This document shows positions 54,937 to 64,000 of a stretch of 64,000 bases of DNA, piece after piece. The position numbers and the translations under genes were made by a program. This DNA is from Amphiscolops sp. MND2022 (lineage: Eukaryota): contig OZ076409.1 in NCBI GenBank assembly GCA_964187785.1, positions 71,984,001-72,048,000 on the forward strand, given 5' to 3'. Positions within the stretch are counted from its first letter, which is position 1. Each line of letters starts with the position of its first letter. The notes under the pieces are model-generated. The model searched no databases. It was not told the origin of the DNA and was given only the letters and a program-made list of their open reading frames with translations.

Positions 54937-56928
54937 GTGCGGGGGGGTAACCCCTACAAAGATATTGGAGGATTCGGGTAGGGTCCTGAATCCGAGTTCA
55001 GTGCTGCCAGCTATCGTTAGGGATTTGAGAAAATTTTGCCGATCTCGTGATCTAACCGTAGGATTTTAAAGTTGGAGCGGCCCCCACCAGATTTTCCAAA
55101 GTTATTCGCCCCCCACCGGGTTCCAGCGTGATTGAAATATTTTGACGGGGTACACGGGCGACCGTTAGGGGTCATTTTGGGGGTAAAATTTATATCCGGT
55201 CGCATAACTTTTTTCCTGTTGGATTAAAACTTTGGGACCCTGCTAAAAGTTTCTTGACCGTGTTGCGGGGGCTCCGGAGGTCCAAACCAAATTTTTCTAT
55301 CTTGAAGCTATCTCCAAGTACCCCCCCGCCCAAACCGTTATTTTTCCGGAAACGCAGGTTTTTGACCCGGAAGGAGTCGTCTGAGCGCGGGGTCGTTAGG
55401 TGATGTATTGGGGACGGCCTTGAGACGAAGCGGGGGATATATAGTTTGCCGACCCCAGTTTACCCCCCGGACGGGAAATGACCGTTATATGAGCGGGAAA
55501 AATGCCCCCCTCCACGTTTTACCGCTATTTCCGGTGTGAAGGAGTGGGAGTAGCGCGTCGGGTGTTATATATCAAAAGTAGGTTTAGACAAGGACCTATC
55601 AGAAACATGTGGTTTGGGACCCCCTGGACCAAGCCGTTAGCGGAAAATGGCGCTTCCGCCTCCTTTTTTTACTGCTAAAACCGTAAAATGGGCATTGAGG
55701 GGTAAATATCTCGTGAACGCGTGGAGCTACGGTGTCCATCACTACTACAAGGTTTCATACCCATGATATGGTGCCTTCAGGGGGGCAAACAGATTTCCGC
55801 TATCTATCACCGTTACCGACTTGGCCCCCCAGCCTAACCGCTATGTGACCGGAAATGTCACTTTTTGAGCCCAAAGGGTCGGTCCCACCCGGGGAACGTT
55901 AGGTACCTTATTGTAGTACTCAATGAGACGAGTTGGGGGACATAGTTTCAGTCACCCCCCGTTACCCCTTGGGACCGGAAATGACCGTTATGTGGGTAAA
56001 TTTGCAATTTTTATACTCTTTGAAGTGTATTTAGGTGCGGAAGGAGTGGTAATAGGTGCTTGGACACTATATGATGTAATGGAGGTCGTGAGGAGAGCAT
56101 TCGGAAATAACCGTTATGTTGACCCCAAAGTCCCCCTGGTACCGTTAACGACCGGAAATGGCCAAATTTTGTGTCTATTGGGTACAAATGTTTGGTATTT
56201 TATGGATAAAAGTACCTGGAAGGTGTTTTAAAGGCCTCCAGAAGTGAACATAGTCATGAAACCTTGTGGGGGGTAACGGTATATAGCACCGGAAGTCCAA
56301 ACCGTTGGTCACAGAATAGGTTTTTTGGTTTCAAAATGTCTTTAGGCATAGTTTTGTGGGTTGAATCGTCATAATATCAACTAATACGGACTTTTTTCGG
56401 AAATAAAATTTTTTCACATTAGTTTCAGGGACCTCCAATGCTTCAGTCAACATAACCGTTACATTTTGATAGCCTTTCAAGTTGACCTGGTGTCAACTTG
56501 GAAGGGCTATCCTTCTAAAATCGTTAATCAAGAGTGTTTTTGGGTAGGTATATGTTGCATTAGTACCAATTAGAGCTTCATCAACAGTTTGCCAACGGCA
56601 AAAACGATGTCGTGATAATTCCGTTATAAAATATTAGTTAACAAATTGTTTTCAAAGTTGATTTTTTCCATTAAAAATGTGTCCTAATGCCACCAAATTG
56701 AATAAAATAATAAATGGTATTGACTAAAACTAAATAACAATGAAAAAGAAGATCAACATTTTTATTAGGTCTCATTATGGAAGCTGAAACCTCACGTTTT
56801 AACTTAATTAACGTCAACGCCACATACTTTACATCAACGCCCACCGTCTGTGGGCATGCCGAGGCATGCCCTTCGACGACGTATACCAAACAACCTCCAT
56901 ATCTACACCCTTTTGCGGTAGCAGCTAG
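54937..56928 (+). repeat. Unit 23, class B, long subtype (1992 bp)
   Basis: B interior with the ~20-bp insertion. Confidence 0.92.
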
Positions 56929-58901
56929 GTGCGGGGGGGTAACCCCAACAAAAATTTTGGAGGATTCGGGTAGGGTCCTGAATCCGATTTTAACTCTAAT
57001 AGCTATCGATAGGAAATCTTGCAAAAATTTCGGGATCTCGTGATCTAACCATAGGATTTTAAAGTTGGAGCGGCCCCCACCAGATTTTCCAAAATTATTC
57101 GCCCCCCACCGGGTTCCAGCGTGATTGAAATATTTTGTCGGGGTACACGGGCGACCGTTAGGGGTCATTTTGGGGGTAAAATTTATAAAAGTTCGCATAA
57201 CTTTTTTCCTGTTGGTTTAAAACTTTAGGACCCTGCTAAAAGTTTCTTGACCATGTTGCAGGGGCCCCGGAGGTCCAAACCAAATTTTTCTATCTTGAAG
57301 CTATCTCCAAGTACCCCCCCGCCCAAACCGTTATTTTTCCGGAAACGCCGGTTTTTGACCCGGAAGGAGTCGTCTGAGCGCGGGATCGTTAGGTGATGTT
57401 TTGGGGACGGCCTCGAGACGAAGCGGGGGATATATAGTTTGCCGACCCCAGTTTACCCCCCGCACGGGAAATGACCGTTATATGAGCGGGAAAAATGCCC
57501 CCCTCCACGTTTTACCGCTATTTCCGGTGTGAAGGAGTGGGAGTAGCGCGTCGGGTGTTATATAACAAAAGTAGGTTTAGACAAGGACCTATCGGAAACA
57601 TGTAGTTTGGGACCCCCTGGTCCAACCCGTTAGCGGGAAATGGGGCTTCCGCCTCCTTTTTTTACTGCTAAAACCATAAAATGGGCATTGAGGGGTAAAT
57701 ATCTCGTGAACGCGTGGAGCAATCGTGTCCATCACTACTACAAGGTTTCATACCCATGATATGGTGCCTTCAGGGGGGCAAACAGATTTCCGTTATCTAT
57801 CACCGTTACCGACTTGGCCCCCCAGCCTAACCGCTATGTGACCGGAAATGTCACTTTTTGAGCCCAAAGGGTCGGTCCCAGCCGGGGAACGTTAGGTAAC
57901 TTATTGTAGTACTCAATGAGACGAGTTGGGGGATATAGTTTCAGTCACCCCCCGCTACCCCTTGGGACCGGAAATGACCGTTATGTGGGTAAAATTGCAA
58001 TTTTTATACTTTTTTAAGTGTATTTAGGTGCGGAAGGAGTGGTAATAGGTGCTTGGACACTATATGAGGTAAGGGAGGACGTGAGGCGAGCATTCGGAAA
58101 TAACCGTTATGTTGACCCTAAAGTCCCCCTGGTACCGTAAACGACCGGAAATGGTCAAATTTTGTGTCTATTGGGTACAAATGTTTAGTATTTTGTAGAT
58201 AAAAGTATCTATTAGGTGTTTCGACGGTCTGCAATAGTGAACATAGTCATGAAACCTTGTGGGGGGTAACGGGGTATATAGCACCGGAAGTCCAAACCGT
58301 TGGACACAGGATAGGTTTTTGGTTTGAAAAAGTCTTTCGGCGTACTTTTGTCGACTATCATGGACTATTATTAAAAATTAAAGTTTTTCCATATAGTTTC
58401 AGAGACTCCGAAACCTCAACCAACATAACCGTTACATTTTGATAGCCTTTCAAGTTGGCCTGGTGTCAACTTGGAAGCGCTATCCTTCTGAAATCGTTAA
58501 TCAAGAGTGTTTTTGGGTAGGTATATATTGCATTAGTACCAATTAGAGCATCATCAACAGTGTATCAACGACAAAAACTATGCCGTCATGATTCCGTTAT
58601 TAGAATCATAGTGAGCAAATTGTTGAAAAAAATGGTTTTTACCATAAAAAATGTGTCCTAAATGCCAGGAAACCTGTTTACCTAACAAATGGTATTAATT
58701 GGAATGTATGTAACAGATTTATAAAAGTTCAAATTGAATATTACCTTTCATTATGGAAGCTGAAACGTCATATTTTAGTTTAATTAACGTCAACGCCACA
58801 CACTTTACATCAACGCCCACCGTCTGTGGGCATGCCGAGGCATGCCCTTCGACGACGTATACCAAATACATACCTAACGACGCCCGTACATCCCGGGCTA
58901 G
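56929..58901 (+). repeat. Unit 24, class B (1973 bp)
   Basis: Close to unit 18. Confidence 0.92.
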
Positions 58902-60876
58902 GTGCGGGGGGGTAACCCCAACAAATATATTGGAGGATTCGGGTAGGGTCCTGAATCCGATTTTAACTCTAATAGCTATCGATAGGAAATCTTGCAAAAA
59001 TTTCGGGATCTCGTGATCTAACCATAGGATTTTAAAGTTGGAGCGGCCCCCACCAGATTTTCCAAAGTTATTCGCCCCCCACCGGGTTCCAGCGTGATTG
59101 AAATATTTTGACGGGGTACACGGGCGACCGTTAGGGGTCATTTTGGGGGTAAAATTTATAAAAGTTCGCATAACTTTTTTCCTGTTGGATTAAAACTTTG
59201 GGACCCTGCTAAAAGTTTCTTGACCGTGTTGCAAGGGCTCCGGAGGTGCAAACCAAATTTTTCTATCTTGAAGCTATCTCCAAGTACCCCCCCGCTCAAA
59301 CCGTTATTTTTCCGGAAACGCCGGTTTTTGACCCGGAAGGAGTCGTCTGAGCGCGGGGTCGTTAGGTGATGTATTGGGGACGGCCTTGAGACGAAGTGGG
59401 GGACAAGTAGTTTGCCAACCTCAATTTACCCCCCGGACGGGAAATGACCGTTATATGAGCGGGAAAAATGCCCCCCTCCACGTTTTACCGCTATTTCCGG
59501 TGTGAAGGAGTGGGAGTAGCGCGTCGGGTGTTATATAACAAAAGTAGGTTTAGACAAGGACCTATCGGAAACATGTAGTTTGGGACCCCCTGGTCCAACC
59601 TGTTAGCGGGAAATGGGACTTCCGCCTCCTTTTTTTACTGCTAAAACCGTAAAATGGGCATTGAGGGGTAAATATCTCGTGAACGCGTGGAGCAATCGTG
59701 TCCATCACTACTACAAGGTTTCATACCCATGATATGGTGCCTTCAGGGGGGCAAACAGATTTCCGCTATCTATCACCGTTACCGACTTGGCCCCCCAGCC
59801 TAACCGCTATGTGACCGGAAATGTCACTTTTTGAGCCCAAAGGGTCGGTCCCAGCCAGGGAACGTTAGGTAACTTATTGTAGTACTCATTGAGACGAGTT
59901 GGGGGACATAGTTTCAGTCACCCCCCGTTACCCCTTGGGACCGGAAATGACCGTTATGTGGGTAAATTTGCAATTTTTATACTTTTTGAAAAGCATTTAG
60001 GTGCGGAAGCAGTGGTAATAGGTGCTTGGACACTATATGATGATAGGGAGGACGTGAGGCGAGCATTCGAAAATAACCGTTATGTTGACTCCGAAGTCCC
60101 CCTGGTACCGGAAGTGACCCGTAATGGTCAAATTTTGTGTTTTTAGGGTACAAATGTTTGGTGTTTTATGGATAACAGTGCCTATTAGGTGTTTCGACGG
60201 CCTGCAGTCGTGAACATAGTCATGAAACCTTGTGGGGGGTAACGGGTTATAGCACCGGAAGTCCAAACCGTTGGAGACAGGATAAGTTTTTTGGTTTTAA
60301 AATGTCTTTCGGCCTACTTTTGTCGACTATTATGGACTATTTTTGGAAACTAAAGTTTTTCCATATAGTTTCAGAGACTCCGAGACCTCAACCAACATAA
60401 CCGTTACCTTATGATAGCCTTTCAAGTTGGCCTGGTGTCAACTTGGAAGGGCTATCCTTCAAAAATCATTAATCCAGTGTGTTTTTGAGTATGCTTTTTT
60501 TACTTTAGAATCAATTAGAGCTTCAAGAAAAGATTGCCAACGACAAAAACTATGTCGTGATGATTCCGTTATCAGAATAATAGTTACCAAAATGTTGATA
60601 AAGTTGATTTTTTACATTTCAAATATGTCCTAAATGCCAGAAAACCTCTTTACCAAACAAATGGTATTGATTGAATTGTATATAGCAGCTAATAAAAGAT
60701 CAAATTGAATATTACGTTTCATTATGCAAGCTGAAACGTCATATTATAGTTTCATTAACGTCAACGCCACATACTTTACATCAACGCCCACCGTCTGTGG
60801 GCATGCCGAGGCATGCCCTTCGACGACGTATACCAAATTCCTCCAACACAACACCCCCGAGCGCGTTAGCAGCTAG
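58902..60876 (+). repeat. Unit 25, class B (1975 bp)
   Basis: B interior; unique terminal cassette ACCAAATTCCTCCAACACAACACCCCCGAGCGCGTTAGCA. Confidence 0.92.
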
Positions 60877-62869
60877 GTGCGGGGGGGAAACCCCATCCCT
60901 TATCTTGGAGGATTCGGGTAGGGTCCTGAATCCGAGTTCAGTGCCGCCAGCTCTCAGTAGAAATCTGGGCATTTTTTTGCGATCTCGTGATCTAACCATA
61001 GGATTTTAAAGTTGGAGCGGCCCCCACCAGATTTTCCAAAGTTATTCGCCCCCCACCGGGTTCCAGCGTGATTGAAATATTTTGACGGGGTACACGGGCG
61101 ACCGTTAGGGGTCATTTTGGGGGTAAAATTTATATCCGGTCGCATAACTTTTTTCCTGTTGGATTAAAACTTTGGGACCCTGCTAAAAGTTTCTTGACCG
61201 TGTTGCGGGGGCTCCGGAGGTCCAAACCAAATTTTTCTATCTTGAAGCTATCTCCAAGTACCCCCCCGCCCAAACCGTTATTTTTCCGGAAACGCAGGTT
61301 TTTAACCCGGAAGGAGTCGTCTGAGCGCGGGGTCGTTAGGTGATGTATTGGCGACGGCCTTGAGACGAAGCGGGGGATATATAGTTTGCCGACCCCAGTT
61401 TACCCCCCGGACGGGAAATGACCGTTATATGAGCGGGAAAAATGCCCCCCTCCACGTTTTACCGCTATTTCCGGTGTGAAGGAGTGGGAGTAGCGCTTCG
61501 GGTGCCATATATCAAAAATAAGTTTAGACAAGGACCTATCGGAAACATGTAGTTTGGGACCCCCTGGACCAACCCGTTAGCGGGAAATGGGGCTTCCGCC
61601 TCCTTTTTTTACTGCTAAAACCGTAAAATGGGCATTGAGGGGTAAATATCTCGTGAACGCGTGGAGCAATCGTGTCCATCACTACTACAAGGTTTCATAC
61701 CCATGATATGGTGCCTTCAGGGGGGCAAACAGATTTCCGCTATCTATCACCGTTACCGACTTGGCCCCCCAGCCTAACCGCTATGTGACCGGAAATGTCA
61801 CTTTTTGAGCCCAAAGGGTCGGTCCCAGCCGGGGAACGTTAGGTAACTTATTGTAGTACTCAATGAGACGAGTTGGGGGATATAGTTTCAGTCAACCCCC
61901 GTTACCCCTTGGGACCGGAAATGACCGTTATGTGGGTAAATTTGCAATTTTTATACTCTTTGAAGTGTATTTAGGTGCGGAAGGAGTGGTAATAGGTGCT
62001 TGGACACTATATGATGTAATGGAGGTCGTGAGGAGAGCATTCGGAAATAACCGTTATGTTGACCCCAAAGTCCCCCTGGTACCGTTAACGACCGGAAATG
62101 GCCAAATTTTGTGTCTATTGGGTACAAATGTTTGGTATTTTATGGATAAAAGTACCTGGAAGGTGTTTTAAAGGCCTCCAGAAGTGAACATAGTCATGAA
62201 ACCTTGTGGGGGGTAACGGTATATAGCATCGGAAGTCCAAACCGTTGGTCACAGAATAGGTTTTTTGGTTTCAATATGTCTTTAGGCATAGTTTTGTGGG
62301 TTGAATCGTCATAATATCAACTAATACGGACTTTTTTCGGAAATAAAATTTTTTCACATTAGTTTCAGGGACCTCCAATGCTTCAGTCAAAATAACCGTT
62401 ACATTTTGATAGCCTTTCAAGTTGACCTGGTGTCAACTTGGAAGGGCTATCCTTCTAAAATCGTTAATCAACAGTGTTTTTGGGTAGGTATATGTTGCAT
62501 TAGTACCAATTAGAGCTTCATCAACAGTTTGCCAACGGCAAAAACGATGTCGTGATAATTCCGTTATAAAAATATTAGTTAACAAATTGTTTTCAAAGTT
62601 GATTTTTTCCATTAAAAATGTGTCCTAATGCCACCAAATTGAATAAAATAATAAATGGTATTGACTAAAACTAAATAACAATGAAAAAGAAGATCAACAT
62701 TTTTATTAGGTCTCATTATGGAAGCAGAAACCTCACGTTTTAACTTAATTAACGTCAACGCCACATACTTTACATCAACGCCCACCGTCTGTGGGCATGC
62801 CGAGGCATGCCCTTCGACGACGTATACCAAACAACCTCCATATCTACACCCACCCGCGGTAGCAGCTAG
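60877..62869 (+). repeat. Unit 26, class B, long subtype (1993 bp)
   Basis: B interior with the ~20-bp insertion. Confidence 0.92.
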
Positions 62870-64000
62870 GTGCGGGGGGGAAACCCCATCCCTTATCTTG
62901 GAGGATTCGGGTAGGGTCCTGAATCCGAGTTCAGTGCCGCCAGCTCTCAGTAGAAATCTGGGCATTTTTTTGCGATCTCGTGATCTAACCATAGGATTTT
63001 AAAGTTGGAGCGGCCCCCACCAGATTTTCCAAAGTTATTCGCCCCCCACCGGGTTCCAGCGTGATTGAAATATTTTGACGGGGTACACGGGCGACCGTTA
63101 GGGGTCATTTTGGGGGTAAAATTTATAAAAGTTCGCATAACTTTTTTCCTGTTGGTTTAAAACTTTAGGACCCTGCTAAAAGTTTCTTGACCATGTTGCA
63201 GGGGCCCCGGAGGTCCAAACCAAATTTTTCTATCTTGAAGCTATCTCCAAGTACCCCCCCGCCCAAACCGTTATTTTTCCGGAAACGCCGGTTTTTGACC
63301 CGGAAGGAGTTGTCTGAGCGCGGGGTCGTTAGGTGATGTTTTGGGGACGGCTTTGAGACGAAGCGGGGGATATATAGTTTGCCGACCCCAGTTCACCCCC
63401 CGCACGGGAAATGACCGTTATATGAGCGGGAAAAATGCCCCCCTCCACGTTTTACCGCTATTTCCGGTGTGAAGGAGTGGGAGTAGCGCGTCGGGTGTTA
63501 TATAACAAAAGTAGGTTTAGACAAGGACCTATCGGAAACATGTAGTTTGGGACCCCCTGGTCCAACCTGTTAGCGGGAAATGGGGCTTCCGCCTCCTTTT
63601 TTTACTGCTAAAACCGTAAAATGGGCATTGAGGGGTAAATATCTCGTGAACGCGTGGAGCAATCGTGTCCATCACTACTACAAGGTTTCATACCCATGAT
63701 ATGGTGCCTTCAGGGGGGCAAACAGATTTCCGCTATCTATCACCGTTACCGACTTGGCCCCCCAGCCTAACCGCTATGTGACCGGAAATGTCACTTTTTG
63801 AGCCCAAAGGGTCGGTCCCAGCCGGGGAACGTTAGGTAACTTATTGTAGTACTCAATGAGACGAGTTGGGGCATATAGTTTCAGTCACCCCCCGTTACCC
63901 CTTGGGACCGGAAATGACCGTTATGTGGGTAAAATTGCCATTTTTGTCCTATTTGGAGGGCATTTAGATGCGGAAGGAGTGGTAATAGGTGCTTGGACAC
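62870..64000 (+). repeat. Unit 27, class B (partial, runs off the window)
   Basis: B 5' end and interior. Confidence 0.9.

Larger units (their letters stand above)
178..62869 (+). mobile_element. Putative tandem non-autonomous rolling-circle (Helitron/Helentron-like) elements
   Basis: A and L units end in a GC-rich 7-8 bp-stem hairpin 6-8 nt upstream of CTAG, resembling the canonical Helitron 3' hairpin + CTRR. There are no target-site duplications or TIRs, and L units carry central tandem repeats. Against: the next unit starts GTG rather than TC, several B ends lack a strong hairpin, and no RepHel ORF is present. Confidence 0.45.
1..64000 (+). repeat. Composite head-to-tail tandem array of ~2.0 kb (A, B) and ~4.76 kb (L) units sharing a conserved junction module
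   Basis: GTGGGCATGCCGAGGCATGCCCTTCGACGACGTAT ... GCTAGGTG recurs 27 times on the + strand at spacings of ~1.97-1.99 kb or ~4.76 kb. Unit interiors fall into three sequence families, with no unique DNA between units. Confidence 0.97.

Noticed and set aside
35..63138. Short ORFs in the six-frame track (e.g. 29019-29597, 192 aa; 56671-57198, 175 aa; 2539-2886, 115 aa)
   Set aside because: They recur only because the DNA repeats. Starts, stops and frames change between copies through homopolymer indels and SNPs, composition is K/F/I/N-biased from A/T tracts, and I saw no recognisable domain (no HUH, helicase, recombinase or RT motifs).
1..64000. rDNA/5S, tRNA, snRNA, spliced-leader or histone gene tandem array; hammerhead retrozyme array
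   Set aside because: By eye I found no recognisable rRNA, tRNA, snRNA or SL sequence, no histone ORFs and no conserved CTGATGA...GAAA hammerhead core. An Rfam/Infernal scan would be needed to exclude divergent RNAs.
1..64000. Bacterial integron cassette array or TIR/LTR transposon cluster
   Set aside because: There are no cassette ORFs, no RYYYAAC...GTTRRRY attC architecture at the junctions, and no terminal inverted repeats, LTR pairs or target-site duplications.

Overview
The whole window is one gene-free, head-to-tail array of 26 complete units plus two partial ones, all in the same orientation with no intervening unique DNA. There are three unit classes: A (AT-rich, 1978-1993 bp, 13 copies), B (GC-richer with a different interior, 1971-1994 bp, 9 complete plus 1 partial) and L/L' (4760-4770 bp, 4 copies; A-like 5' part, an internal ~720-bp duplication and ~3.8 copies of a 336-bp subrepeat). 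The order is (L' tail) L A L A A B A B A A A A L' A A A A B L A B B B B B B B(partial), so it is shuffled rather than a simple satellite. All 27 junctions share one structured module: CAACGCCACA, an invariant 35-bp block containing the palindrome GGGCATGCCGAGGCATGCCC (19/20 match to the p53-family consensus RRRCWWGYYY x2), a 34-40 nt hypervariable and usually hairpin-forming cassette, an invariant GCTAGGTG where unit class switches, and two G-rich hairpins whose stems differ between classes while staying paired. My best interpretation (inference) is a concatemer of non-autonomous rolling-circle (Helitron-like) or minicircle-like cassettes joined at a common nick or crossover site, probably in a eukaryotic genome. 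I found no credible protein-coding, rRNA, tRNA or CRISPR feature. Coordinates were read by eye and may be off by a few bases.
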